Origin: an archaeon HR01
Lineage (GTDB): Archaea; Thermoproteota; Nitrososphaeria_A; Caldarchaeales; Caldarchaeaceae
Length of the DNA: 64,000 nucleotides
Assembly: GCA_002898355.1 (NCBI GenBank)
Contig: BEHD01000007.1
Coordinates: 8,793 to 72,792, forward strand
Reading direction: 5' to 3'
The notes beneath the pieces were generated by a model, which saw nothing but the letters and a program-made list of their open reading frames with translations, did no database searches and was not told where the DNA came from. Position numbers and translations under genes: made by a program. Within the stretch, counting starts at the first letter, position 1; each line of letters begins with the position of its first letter. Positions 29,285 through 38,808 of this stretch are shown piece by piece.

Positions 29285-30487
29285 TCATCTACCTCCAGCT
29301 ACCTCGCTATGGGCCAGAACACTTATTCTTGCCGCAACCCGGCCGGCCAGCTCCATGAATAGTCTGGCTGGGACGGAGTCGGGCATCGAATAGACTATTG
29401 GGTCGCCCCTATCGTGGTGGAGACCTATCTCAGGTATCAGTGGAAGCCTGGCCAAGACCGTTGTCTCATGCACCGCAGCCATATTCTCCACCACACTTTC
29501 ACCGAAGATCTCGCTGCGGCCGCCGCAGTGGGGGCAGATGAAATAGCTCATGTTCTCGACGATGCCCAAGATGGGGATGCCTAGACGTCTGAACATCCTC
29601 AAAGCCTTGGCAGCGATGGTGGCTGCGGCCTCCTGCGGGGTGGTGACGATAACCACGCCTGATAGGGGGATGGTCTGGGCCAGCGTTAGGGAGGCATCAC
29701 CGGTACCCGGTGGAAGGTCAACGACTAGATAATCCAGCTCACCCCAGTCAATCTCGGTGATAAGCTGCTTGACAGCGCTGGCCACCAAAGGCCCCCTCCA
29801 GATAACTGGAGAGTCATCCTGCATAAAAAGACCCATAGAGACTACACTCAATCCGTGGACGGACCTTGCAGGCAGTATCCTACCTTCTGAGCCTTTCCCC
29901 GGGATGGAAGCGATCTTGAGTATTTTCGGTATTGTGGGGCCATAGATGTCGGCGTCGACGAGGCCCACCCTAGCGCCAGATCTTAGGAGGGCGAGGGCGA
30001 GGTTTACAGCGACGGTTGATTTCCCTACGCCGCCTTTCCCGCTGGCCACAGCCACCACATTCCTGATGTTTTCAAAACCCTCAGCCGAGGGCTTGGCAGA
30101 CCAGACCCTCGACGATACCTTCATCTCCACATCCCTAACACCCTTGATAGAGGCTACAGCAGCCCTGGCCTCATCCTGTAGCTGCTGGTTGTAAGGGCAT
30201 GCGGGAGTCGTAAGCTCCAAGGTGAAGAAGACCTTATCCCCCTCCACCTTAACATCCTTCACCATCCGAAGCCGCACAATATCCATCTTTAGGTCCGGGT
30301 CCACCACCCTCGAAAGAGCGGCCAAAACATCATTCTCAGAGACCAAATCGCTATAACCCGAGCCGCTAACTATTTTAATGTTACGGGCATACAGGCTATC
30401 GCAGATGTTTTCGGGTGAAGAACTGGCTGTGGTCATCCTGGCGGGCGGCAGGTCGGAGAGGTTCGGCTCAGACAAGCTACTATACAA
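29285..30487 (-). CDS. Mrp/NBP35/ApbC Fe-S cluster carrier ATPase with N-terminal MIP18/DUF59 domain
   Basis: VVAVASGKGGVGKST Walker A, CPxC-type C-terminal region, DUF59-like N-terminus. The true start is probably internal; the annotated 5' end overlaps the divergent neighbour. Confidence 0.8.
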   Translation of the reverse strand: MYSSLSEPNLSDLPPARMTTASSSPENICDSLYARNIKIVSGSGYSDLVSENDVLAALSRVVDPDLKMDIVRLRMVKDVKVEGDKVFFTLELTTPACPYNQQLQDEARAAVASIKGVRDVEMKVSSRVWSAKPSAEGFENIRNVVAVASGKGGVGKSTVAVNLALALLRSGARVGLVDADIYGPTIPKILKIASIPGKGSEGRILPARSVHGLSVVSMGLFMQDDSPVIWRGPLVASAVKQLITEIDWGELDYLVVDLPPGTGDASLTLAQTIPLSGVVIVTTPQEAAATIAAKALRMFRRLGIPILGIVENMSYFICPHCGGRSEIFGESVVENMAAVHETTVLARLPLIPEIGLHHDRGDPIVYSMPDSVPARLFMELAGRVAARISVLAHSEVAGGR

Positions 30488-31247
30488 GATATCGGAGAAA
30501 CCTATCCTGAGGATGGTCTATGAAAACATTATGGAGCTCGGGTTCAGAACAGCTCTATCGGTCCACACATCCAGCCAAGGCCGCAGGCTTAAAAAAATCA
30601 CAGGGCTGGATGATGTCGAGGTCATAGTGGATGATGCAGGGTTAAACATTGGTGGGCCGGCGGCCGGAATAATAACCGCCACAAAAAGGCTGAAGCCCAG
30701 ATACCTGCTATCCCTGCCCGGAGACATGCCGTTCCTGAAGTCCAGCACACTTGAAAAATTCATAGAGAAAGCTATCAGCTCGGAAGTCTCAGCCACATCA
30801 GTGATGTATGATGACGGCTCGGTGGAGGTTTTGATACAGCTCCACCATGTGGAATGGCTGCATAAAAGATCTGACCCCCTACTCATGCTACGGGGCCCTT
30901 CTATGCGTGCGGGGGACCTCCTGAGATTCGCGCCAGACCTAGCTCTAATCAGTGCGGGGGAGCTCTCCGAAAAGAGGTGGGAATTCAAAAACATAGATGT
31001 CCCCGAAGATATCAAGGCGTCAGGGCCGGAGATATCTGCAAGAAAGAAAACGCTAATCCGTATTTCGGATATTGCATGGCTGGGTGCAAAACGGGAGAGG
31101 GATGGAAGGTATTCTGCTGCGGCCACCATCTACGACAGGGAGGCTCGCCATTATCTGTCAAAGAATGTAGGGACTCTAGCATCGCATGCTCTCCAGGATT
31201 CTTGGCGCTGCCAGCTCCTCTCAACGGGTCTTAGAGATTTCAGATGA
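30408..31247 (+). CDS. MobA-like nucleotidyltransferase (molybdenum cofactor guanylyltransferase-like) with C-terminal extension
   Basis: VVILAGGRSERFGSDK NTP-transferase P-loop. Start set at the internal Met; the track ORF starts at 30378. Confidence 0.5.
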   Translation, partial: FSGEELAVVILAGGRSERFGSDKLLYKISEKPILRMVYENIMELGFRTALSVHTSSQGRRLKKITGLDDVEVIVDDAGLNIGGPAAGIITATKRLKPRYLLSLPGDMPFLKSSTLEKFIEKAISSEVSATSVMYDDGSVEVLIQLHHVEWLHKRSDPLLMLRGPSMRAGDLLRFAPDLALISAGELSEKRWEFKNIDVPEDIKASGPEISARKKTLIRISDIAWLGAKRERDGRYSAAATIYDREARHYLSKNVGTLASHALQDSWRCQLLSTGLRDFR

Positions 31248-31778
31248 TAGAATCTTCCAGATTTTGTCGTCAACATGATGGAGATTCTTCACAACCCGCC
31301 CGGACTTGGACTGGAGGGCTTCATCATGGGGGAGTAGGGCTATACCGATGGCTATTGCCTTCCCATACCTCTCATCCCTCACCACAATCAGGTCGCCGGG
31401 CCTAAAGTCTCCCATGAAAACCTTGATACCCGGCCGCATGATATCCGCTCCGGAGGCAACCGGACCCACAGCCCCCATATCCACCACCACAGCGGGAAGA
31501 CTGTTGAGAAGCCTCTCATTGGCTGGGAAAAGTGCTGGAAAAATCTTCTCACCGACCCGAGCCAGTATGTAGTCGCCGATGAGATATACCTCTACCCCGC
31601 CATATTCCAACAGCTTCACATCACCTTTTAGAAGCCTTTTCACCTCTGCTTCGTCGGGTATGAGCTGTTCTATCAGGGGCTGTAGGCCCACTTTCTCCCT
31701 AGACTTTAGGCTTCTAACCTTTGGTTTTCCCTCCATGTCCTTCCTCCAGCTTGTTGATTTGTCCGGCCGTCTTGACAT
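31221..31778 (-). CDS. PUA-domain RNA-binding protein (Nip7/Tma20-like)
   Basis: C-terminal PUA-like segment VVVDMGAVGPVASGADIMRPGI...GDLIVV...AIAIGIA; basic N-terminus. Confidence 0.5.
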   Translation of the reverse strand: MSRRPDKSTSWRKDMEGKPKVRSLKSREKVGLQPLIEQLIPDEAEVKRLLKGDVKLLEYGGVEVYLIGDYILARVGEKIFPALFPANERLLNSLPAVVVDMGAVGPVASGADIMRPGIKVFMGDFRPGDLIVVRDERYGKAIAIGIALLPHDEALQSKSGRVVKNLHHVDDKIWKILSSEISKTR

Positions 31779-31987
31779 CCCTCAACGCTAGCCCGCCGTA
31801 TCCTATGTATGCGTCGGTGCGGTGGCCCATCTTCTCAGCCAAGGAGGCGACCTTTCTGTTGAGCTTCAATACCTCACCTACAGCTAGCCTGCGCATCTAG
31901 GCTTTAATACCCCCACAGTGTAGGGCTATAAGCTTTAAGACACATGCATCCAGCACCGGTAGGAGCCGTCAGCCCCACCCGCAGCCG

Positions 31988-32431
31988 CTACCGCACCACA
32001 AGGACTGAACAGTGGGCATGGCTGACCACCCCGCTGGCCACACTCCCCATCAGCAACTTCTTGAACCCCGTCAGCCCCCTAGTCCCGACAACGATCAGCT
32101 CCACACTGTTATTCTCGGCATACTGGGTTATGGCCTCCACCACCGACGGCGCCCTCTCCAATATCTCGGCCCGGACCGAGACCCTATACCTCTCCGCCTT
32201 ACTCACGGCCTCGGAGACGAACCTCTCACCCTCCCGCCTAGCTGTGTCGTAGTAATCCTTCAAGACGGAGGGTGATACGGCTGGAGCCCCAAAGATGTAG
32301 GCTGGCTGCTGTATCACATGGAGAACAACCAGCTCGGCCCCATATTTCTCGCATATCGAGGCTGCCACATCAACCGCCTTCAAGCTATTGGGTGAACCAT
32401 CCACAGCTACCAGAACCTTCCTCACAGCCAT
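31988..32431 (-). CDS. Universal stress protein (UspA family)
   Basis: KVLVAVDGSPNS...VLHV and C-terminal G..GSV...V.H..C.VLVV pattern. Confidence 0.8.
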   Translation of the reverse strand: MAVRKVLVAVDGSPNSLKAVDVAASICEKYGAELVVLHVIQQPAYIFGAPAVSPSVLKDYYDTARREGERFVSEAVSKAERYRVSVRAEILERAPSVVEAITQYAENNSVELIVVGTRGLTGFKKLLMGSVASGVVSHAHCSVLVVR

Positions 32432-32502
32432 AGTGGAAGAATCCCGCTATTATAGGGTTGTCAACCATAAATCCTAAAAACCACATAAATGATGCCTTAT
32501 CT

Positions 32503-32577
32503 GGGCCCGTGGCCTAGAATGGATAGGGCGTCGGCCTCCGGAGCCGAAGGTCGTGGGTTCAAGTCCCACCGGGCCCG
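32503..32577 (+). tRNA. tRNA-Arg (anticodon CCG)
   Basis: Hand-folded: acceptor GGGCCCG/CGGGCCC, anticodon stem TCGGC/GCCGA with loop CTCCGGA, T-arm GTGGG-TTCAAGT-CCCAC, discriminator G. CCA not encoded. Confidence 0.8.
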
Positions 32578-32608
32578 CATCTGGCATGGATGAAGGTTAA
32601 AGTATTTT

Positions 32609-32851
32609 ATGGAAGCTAAAGCAGAGAGGGTTGTTATGAGTACGCCTGGTCGATGGTCTGAGGAGCAGAAATTTGAGGTAATACGGTCAAGTATAGGCAA
32701 CTCCCTCATCAACATCAGGCTTTTGCTGAGTTCGCCGCTTGCGGCGGAGCTAGGGCTTGTGACTCCGGAGGAGAGGGAGATATTAAGCAAGGCTGCTGTG
32801 ATAATACAGGGCATATACAAAAGGGCCAGGGAGAAGGGGATTATTCGTTGA
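32609..32851 (+). CDS. Hypothetical small protein
   Basis: 80-aa ORF in a lower-GC segment just 3' of tRNA-Arg; no recognisable motifs. Confidence 0.3.
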   Translation: MEAKAERVVMSTPGRWSEEQKFEVIRSSIGNSLINIRLLLSSPLAAELGLVTPEEREILSKAAVIIQGIYKRAREKGIIR

Positions 32852-32855
32852 TGTT

Positions 32856-33212
32856 ATGCTTATTAAGAGGCATCCCTATATAAGGGAGAAGATTATGACA
32901 GCAACATTATCTAGGCATGACCAGAGGGGTAGGAGCGAGAAAAGCCGGGGTCTTTTGAGGTATAGGGTAACAGTTTTGGAGGAGCCGCCTAAGAGCCTTG
33001 GCGGATTTCAGATATTCGGGATGGAGGTGAAGCTTGGGAAAGGCAGACATGTTGATTTCAGCCCCGATCTGAGGACACTGGAGGTGGAGACCACTCAAGA
33101 GCCGTTACCTATGGATGTAGAGGTTAATGCCAAGTATCAAAAAAGTGAGGGGAAGACGGTTATTGTGAGGCGGAGATCTCTACTCTTTAAGATAGAGAAG
33201 GCTAATAGCTAG
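32856..33212 (+). CDS. Hypothetical small protein
   Basis: 118-aa ORF, lower GC, no recognisable motifs. Confidence 0.3.
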   Translation: MLIKRHPYIREKIMTATLSRHDQRGRSEKSRGLLRYRVTVLEEPPKSLGGFQIFGMEVKLGKGRHVDFSPDLRTLEVETTQEPLPMDVEVNAKYQKSEGKTVIVRRRSLLFKIEKANS

Positions 33213-33222
33213 GATCGGAGTT

Positions 33223-34002
33223 CTAAGGTTTCTTCCTCTCCACCAGACCTCCATATTCACTTAGAACCTCCCTACATTTTTGATAAACAGCCTCCATCAG
33301 TTGAGACGCTCTATCCAGGGATGAGGCCTTTACAGAAACTATGTAGTAGGGGGCCCCCTTCGTCTTTATCTCCACAAACTCACCCTGGCCAGCCATCTCC
33401 TCACTCATCCTGACAGCCCTGCGTATGGCTTCAGCCCCATACTTATCCTCACATCGCATCACCAACTCCTCCTTGACAATCGACTCCTTCGGCTTAATCT
33501 CATCCACTACCTCACCCTCCAAAACAGAGGACGTGCTTTCATCTAGGAAAGGGAAGACTTCTTTGACGGGTCGACCCTCCGCTATCTCTTCAAAGAACGA
33601 GTAAAGCTTGACCGGCGACCCTTCAGCATGCTCCAAAAGACTGTTTACTATGGATTGGTCATTCAACTTTTCAGAAACCTTTTTTAGAATTGCTGATACC
33701 TTCTGCTTTTTCTTCAGCTCTAGAAGTTTTTCCTCTCTCTCCCTCTTCGACACCCTACGGAGAGAGATGTCAACCTGCATCGAGTCCGGGTCAACCCTTA
33801 TGACCTTGAAGATGTTTTTCTGGCCCTCCTTAAGATAGTCCCGTATATTCCTTACCCATTTAAGGGAGACCTCAGAGACATGTATAAGAGCCTCAACCTT
33901 TGGATAGTCGTCCAGCTCAACATATGCCCCGTAGTTTTTAACGGTGGCTATTCTACCTACCACCAGCTCGCCCAGCTCGGGGATTTCTTTGCCCTTAATC
34001 AT
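33223..34002 (-). CDS. Translation initiation factor 2 alpha subunit (aIF2-alpha)
   Basis: N-terminal S1 domain (PELGELVVGRIATVKNYGAYVELD...ALIHVSEV); 259 aa. Confidence 0.85.
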   Translation of the reverse strand: MIKGKEIPELGELVVGRIATVKNYGAYVELDDYPKVEALIHVSEVSLKWVRNIRDYLKEGQKNIFKVIRVDPDSMQVDISLRRVSKREREEKLLELKKKQKVSAILKKVSEKLNDQSIVNSLLEHAEGSPVKLYSFFEEIAEGRPVKEVFPFLDESTSSVLEGEVVDEIKPKESIVKEELVMRCEDKYGAEAIRRAVRMSEEMAGQGEFVEIKTKGAPYYIVSVKASSLDRASQLMEAVYQKCREVLSEYGGLVERKKP

Positions 34003-34198
34003 ATATCCTCTCTACTTTTGCTGTTATCCGGGCCCGGCCACCTGTAGGTGTTGCCAGTATAGAGCCGCAGACGTTGCATTTTACTCTTGTCTTAGCCGAG
34101 TCGAAAACAATCTGTCTATTACCACATTCGTTACATACGACTAATAGAAATTTCGACGAAGGCTTTGGTATAAGCCTCTCCCAGTCTGCTTCAGACAC
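33995..34198 (-). CDS. Ribosomal protein S27e (eS27)
   Basis: C4 zinc finger (CNECGNRQIV...CNVCGS); conserved S27e-aIF2alpha gene order. Confidence 0.8.
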   Translation of the reverse strand: MSEADWERLIPKPSSKFLLVVCNECGNRQIVFDSAKTRVKCNVCGSILATPTGGRARITAKVERIYD

Positions 34199-34199
34199 T

Positions 34200-34478
34200 C
34201 TACCTCACCAGCTCCATCTTTCTAAGCCTGACACCCTCCCTCATCACAACCCGGCCACATTTACCACATTTCAGGACAAGTGTTTTCTTGTCTGTGGTCT
34301 TGGATTTCTTCCTCTGTATGGGGTATTTCTGCCCACCGTAGCCGTGAAGCTCCCTCTCATGTCTTCTGGCCCCTAAAGCAAGACTTCTCTCTTTACCCTT
34401 CTTGTATAGGGATACACTATGCTCGGTATGCTCATTACATTTGGCGCAGTAAGTGTTAAATTTAACGGGAACCTTCAT
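34200..34478 (-). CDS. Ribosomal protein L44e (eL42)
   Basis: MKVPVKFNTYCAKCNEHTEH...KCGKCG. Start moved to the internal MKVP, which matches the conserved L44e N-terminus. Confidence 0.8.
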   Translation of the reverse strand: MKVPVKFNTYCAKCNEHTEHSVSLYKKGKERSLALGARRHERELHGYGGQKYPIQRKKSKTTDKKTLVLKCGKCGRVVMREGVRLRKMELVR

Positions 34479-34561
34479 TTCGGTGTTTCTGTGGGAAGAG
34501 CCATTTAAATAGGTTATCTCATGGAAGGACACCTAATAGGGAGGACTTGTGGTGATAGGGT

Positions 34562-35008
34562 ATGTCAGGTGGATTGGCTAGGCTCGTTAAAGATGTGATG
34601 ACCAGAGAAGTCTTAGCTGTTTCACCGAGCACAAGCGTTTACAGGACGGCTATCCTTATGGCTGAGAGAGGGGTTGGGAGCTGCGTCATATTGAGCGATG
34701 AAAAACTTGTCGGCATAGTAACTGAGCGGGATTTTGTTAGGCGTGTTTTGGCGAAGGGGCTTCCACCCAGAAGAACTAGGGTAGAGAAGATCATGACTTC
34801 ACCCGTTACGGTGATAGGAGAGAACGCAACTTTGGAAGAAGCCATAGAAGTGATGGCGGACCAAAATGTGAAGAGACTGGTAGTTGTGGGGGATTCGGGA
34901 GTTACTGGCATAATCAGCGTAAGTGATCTTATAAAGGTCATGGGTAAGACAGAGGCGGACCTAAGCCGTCTTCCACGCATCTTCCTAGCCCGTGAAACGG
35001 AACGCTAG
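34562..35008 (+). CDS. CBS-domain pair protein
   Basis: Two CBS motifs (VMTREVLAVSP..., IMTSPVTVIGENATLEEAIEVM...). Confidence 0.6.
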   Translation: MSGGLARLVKDVMTREVLAVSPSTSVYRTAILMAERGVGSCVILSDEKLVGIVTERDFVRRVLAKGLPPRRTRVEKIMTSPVTVIGENATLEEAIEVMADQNVKRLVVVGDSGVTGIISVSDLIKVMGKTEADLSRLPRIFLARETER

Positions 35009-36399
35009 TCAGTCACAAGCACTTTCACATTCTCCAAAGCCTCAGAATATTTCTGCCTAAGCCTATTAACCAGGTTATCCTTAGAATAGGTCATTCTACC
35101 TATTATGACTAGGTCAGCATCGCCATATACTTCATCTACAGATTCCACTTCATCCCAACTCCTCAACTCCCTCAGTATTTTTTGGACGGGGAACCTAGGG
35201 TCCAGCTTAGCCAAGACGTATACCCTCTCACCAGCCATAAACCTCTCAAGATAGGAGGGGTCGATCTCCAGTCCGGTCTCTCTTTTAACAATCTCTCTGA
35301 GCCGATTTATAGACAGAAAACCTTCTCCAGACTTTGCAGCCTCAGCCAGTAAATTTGCTATCCTACGGACCTCCTCATCACTCCTGCCACCACCTAATAT
35401 AGAAGCCACTAGCCTATGGCTTACATATGGTCCTAGATTGTAGAAGGGTGATTGGAAGTCGTGTTTTAGCTTCCCATTAGGCATGTATCCCTCCGGCCTC
35501 CTAACAGTCAGGGCCTGATGGACACCAGCCCTCACAGTCCTAGCCTCTTCTGAAAGGGGATGCCTCCAACAGTTTCTTATTCCAGTTATTTTTGAGAAGA
35601 ACTGATAGAGCGGGCTTAAGGAGTCACGGTCTATTCCTGTAGAGTATCCATAGAGATCCTCCAATATTGCGACAACTTCATACATGTCAGCTATGCCATT
35701 TCTATCGCCTATCCCCATGACTGAGACATGTGCCTCTTCTACGCCCTCTAAAATAGCCTCCACCGTGTTGGTTGACGCCATACCATAGTCGTTGTGGAAA
35801 TGGGCTGCGAGCGGAACATCTGTTCTCTTCTTGATCGTCCTTATCATCTCGGCTGCTTGGCGGGGAGCCAACAGACCTGCGGTGTCTGGGATGCTCACTA
35901 TAGTGGCCCCAGCGTCTCTTAGCCGTTCAGCGGCTTTCACTATCTTATCGACGCCTCTTTCACCCTCCAAAAAAAGTCTTGAAGCATCCTCGACTGTAGC
36001 CCGAACATATTTGAATCCTGAAGAACGCGCCTTAGAAACACTTTCGGCCAGCCTCGTAAGGGCGGCCTCATATTCTAGTCCGTGGAGTTTGTATTCAAGG
36101 TGTAGCTGGCTTAGGGACATGTAAAGGGCGCAGCCTTGGACACTGTATTTTAGCATAGATTTAATATCTTCATCATAGGCTCTTCCATGTAGTATTATTA
36201 GGACTTCATGCCCTGATAGAATATCCAGCACAGGTTTCACATCGGCCTCGGTGGTTCTCGGCGGATAGTCTATCGTCAGCTCGATTCGCCTCACACCTAT
36301 CTCGGCCAGCCTCTTGGCTATCTGAGCCTTCATCTCACCGTTGAATACTTTGAAAAGTTCACCCTCCCTAAGCGTAGTATCCAGTATGGCAGTATCCAT
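35005..36399 (-). CDS. HMGL-like synthase (2-isopropylmalate / homocitrate / citramalate synthase family)
   Basis: DTTLREGE N-terminus and HFHNDYGMA motif; 464 aa. Confidence 0.7.
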   Translation of the reverse strand: MDTAILDTTLREGELFKVFNGEMKAQIAKRLAEIGVRRIELTIDYPPRTTEADVKPVLDILSGHEVLIILHGRAYDEDIKSMLKYSVQGCALYMSLSQLHLEYKLHGLEYEAALTRLAESVSKARSSGFKYVRATVEDASRLFLEGERGVDKIVKAAERLRDAGATIVSIPDTAGLLAPRQAAEMIRTIKKRTDVPLAAHFHNDYGMASTNTVEAILEGVEEAHVSVMGIGDRNGIADMYEVVAILEDLYGYSTGIDRDSLSPLYQFFSKITGIRNCWRHPLSEEARTVRAGVHQALTVRRPEGYMPNGKLKHDFQSPFYNLGPYVSHRLVASILGGGRSDEEVRRIANLLAEAAKSGEGFLSINRLREIVKRETGLEIDPSYLERFMAGERVYVLAKLDPRFPVQKILRELRSWDEVESVDEVYGDADLVIIGRMTYSKDNLVNRLRQKYSEALENVKVLVTD

Positions 36400-36499
36400 A
36401 TCCGATGGAAATTTTACGGCTCCCGTATAAATCTTTAACCTATCATCTATAAAGGGGGGTATGTAGTTCGAAAATCGAATTAATTATTCGAAAAATATC

Positions 36500-36970
36500 T
36501 CACTGCTTAGCCTTCATAAGACGGCGAACCTGCTCCGCCAGCTCTGCATTCTCAGAAAGGATTTCACCAAGAATCTCAAAGAGCCTAGCAGATTCCTCAC
36601 TTAAACTATGCTCCAGCCTCTCAGCCTCGATCTCAGCAACAACAGGCTCCATACCTAGATGTTGAAGTGTGGAAGCGAGCGAGTCATGCCGTCTTTTGAG
36701 CCTGATAACGGCCTCCTCACCCCTCTTTGTTAGGGTGAGTACTCTGTAGGGCTCGTAGTATATATATCCCATATCCCTAAGCCTGCGGATAACCTTGTTA
36801 ACAGTACTGGGTTTGACGTTGAGAATCCTCGAAACATCTATAGGGCGGACAGGACCGCCCGAGGCAGTTGTTAGCTCGTAAATGGCCTCTAGGTATTCCT
36901 CTGAAATCCTACTAGCGCCCGTCTTTTTATGGCCCTTTTTCAGAATTTCAAGCCTATATCCCTTTGACAA
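36500..36970 (-). CDS. DtxR/MntR-family metal-dependent transcriptional repressor
   Basis: N-terminal HTH plus dimerisation region (SEEYLEAIYEL...PIDVSRILNVKPSTVNKVIRRL). Confidence 0.8.
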   Translation of the reverse strand: MSKGYRLEILKKGHKKTGASRISEEYLEAIYELTTASGGPVRPIDVSRILNVKPSTVNKVIRRLRDMGYIYYEPYRVLTLTKRGEEAVIRLKRRHDSLASTLQHLGMEPVVAEIEAERLEHSLSEESARLFEILGEILSENAELAEQVRRLMKAKQ

Positions 36971-37001
36971 TGTCTTGGATAAGACTCGTTTGGATATCTA
37001 T

Positions 37002-37289
37002 TTAACCGTGAGCTTTGACCGATATCTTTACTAGGCTACCCTGACCTAAGCCTGATGGCCCTCCCTCCGATATGGCTTCACTTTGAAACCTCACTTTTAG
37101 GGTGTCATCCCCGTATATGTCCACTATCTTTCCACGCCATACCACGCCCTTAAAGTCTTCGTAGAAGACATCTCTACCCACAAGCGAGCCTATATCAGCT
37201 CCACCACCGCCTGTGAGGGAAACTATGCAGTCGTCATCCTCAAAGCCTATGACGACAGCATCTAAAAACTCCTCATCTTCATCACTCAT
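37002..37289 (-). CDS. Small acidic protein, possible FeoA/SH3-like domain
   Basis: 95 aa, upstream of and co-directional with DtxR; beta-rich C-terminal segment resembling a FeoA/SH3-like fold. Weak. Confidence 0.3.
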   Translation of the reverse strand: MSDEDEEFLDAVVIGFEDDDCIVSLTGGGGADIGSLVGRDVFYEDFKGVVWRGKIVDIYGDDTLKVRFQSEAISEGGPSGLGQGSLVKISVKAHG

Positions 37290-37348
37290 ACTGGTTCGGA
37301 GCCTGTCTGGGGTAATTTAAATCTTGGTCATACTCTCAAACATTTCAA

Positions 37349-37798
37349 GTGATGTATTTATTAAAAGGAGCTGAGATAAGAATGAACAAGATGGATGAGG
37401 AACTAGAGAGAATAAAGATGAGGAAGATGGCTGAGATGCTGTCCGGCAGGACGGCTGAGAGAAAGACTAATGAGCCTATGGTTGGGCCTATCGAGTTGAA
37501 CGACACCAACTTTGACTCATTCATAAGAGAGAACGACCTATCACTTGTGGACTTCTGGGCTGAATGGTGTGCTCCCTGCAGAGCCATAGCCCCAACTATA
37601 AAGGAGATCGCCCATGAGTATGCTGGGAAAGTAGCTGTAGGCAAATTAAATGTAGATGAAAACCCGCAGACCACCATGAGATTCGGTATAATGAGTATTC
37701 CCACGTTGATGATCTTCAAGCGGGGGAGGGTTGTAGATACGATTGTGGGAGCCGTTCCCAAGAGGGCTATAGTCTCGCGCCTATCAAGCTATCTCTAA
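37349..37798 (+). CDS. Thioredoxin
   Basis: WAEWCAPCR active-site motif. Confidence 0.8.
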   Translation: MMYLLKGAEIRMNKMDEELERIKMRKMAEMLSGRTAERKTNEPMVGPIELNDTNFDSFIRENDLSLVDFWAEWCAPCRAIAPTIKEIAHEYAGKVAVGKLNVDENPQTTMRFGIMSIPTLMIFKRGRVVDTIVGAVPKRAIVSRLSSYL

Positions 37799-37849
37799 CC
37801 CGTCAGCCTTATAAAATCCCTACAAACAATACAGTAAGGTACCCAACCC

Positions 37850-38779
37850 TTGGGCCTCGTAGAACACGCAGATTTAGAGGCGGTAATTGAGGCACTACGC
37901 ATAGACATAGATCGTAACCTACAGGCTAAGATAAGAAGTAGAGCCGACAGGTTGCTTCTCGAAAAGGCTCTAAAAGGGGGTAAAAGGCTTAGGCCCATCC
38001 TGCTCCTCCTAGTCTTCAAGGCTTTAAACGGCAAGGATTACCAAAAGGCCCTAGATGTGGCGGCAGCCCTTGAGATAGCCCATAGCGCCAGCCTTGTTCA
38101 TGATGACATCATAGACATAGACACCAAGCGTAGGGGAGGTCTCTCTCTGTGGAGACAACTGGGTGTCGGTAAAGCACTATTACAAGGCCATAGGATGATA
38201 AACTTCGCATTCGACACCGTCTTGGAGAAGGGGATCGATATAGCTAGAATATTCGTGGACGCATGGGACATGGCTTCAAAAGGCATCCTCGACGAGTTTG
38301 TATCCCAGTTTAAACCATCCATAGGACGTTATATGCTACTGATAAGGGAGAAGACAGCATCCCTCTTCGAGGCCGCAGCCCACGCGGGAGCCCTGCCGTC
38401 GGAGACAGACCATGAAACGATGGAAAAAATGAAGAGGTATGGGTTGGAGATTGGGATCGCCTACCAGCTTGCGGACGACCTTGGTGAGATCATACATTTT
38501 AAACAGCATGGGAGGATAGCCTATCTGCTTGGAGATGTTAGGCAGCGCTTTCTCCGCGCCTTGATCTCCTCCAAGACTGGGCACTTCAACTGGCTGATCT
38601 TCTCAATTTCCCCTAAAACGCCTTCAGAGGGATTTCTGATGAAGGAGATTGTTAGCCGGGTGGTGATGGCTAGGTCAATAATAAGGGATACTAAGATCCC
38701 GAATACATCCTACAAGGCATTACTGGAGGGGCTTCCGATGTATTATGTTAAGCAAATTCTTAGAGAATCTATTAAGTAA
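37850..38779 (+). CDS. Polyprenyl synthetase (geranylgeranyl diphosphate synthase-like)
   Basis: First aspartate-rich motif LVHDDIIDID and second motif region (YQLADDLGE). Confidence 0.8.
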   Translation: MGLVEHADLEAVIEALRIDIDRNLQAKIRSRADRLLLEKALKGGKRLRPILLLLVFKALNGKDYQKALDVAAALEIAHSASLVHDDIIDIDTKRRGGLSLWRQLGVGKALLQGHRMINFAFDTVLEKGIDIARIFVDAWDMASKGILDEFVSQFKPSIGRYMLLIREKTASLFEAAAHAGALPSETDHETMEKMKRYGLEIGIAYQLADDLGEIIHFKQHGRIAYLLGDVRQRFLRALISSKTGHFNWLIFSISPKTPSEGFLMKEIVSRVVMARSIIRDTKIPNTSYKALLEGLPMYYVKQILRESIK

Positions 38780-38808
38780 TAAATAACTTATCTACTCCTT
38801 GATGCGCT

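Noticed and set aside
31714-31896. 60-aa minus-strand ORF upstream of the PUA-domain gene
   Set aside because: Overlaps the annotated PUA gene start by about 65 nt with no recognisable motif; more likely part of the 5' region or an over-called ORF.
32497-32820. 107-aa minus-strand ORF
   Set aside because: Overlaps the tRNA-Arg(CCG) gene (32503-32577) on the opposite strand; spurious.
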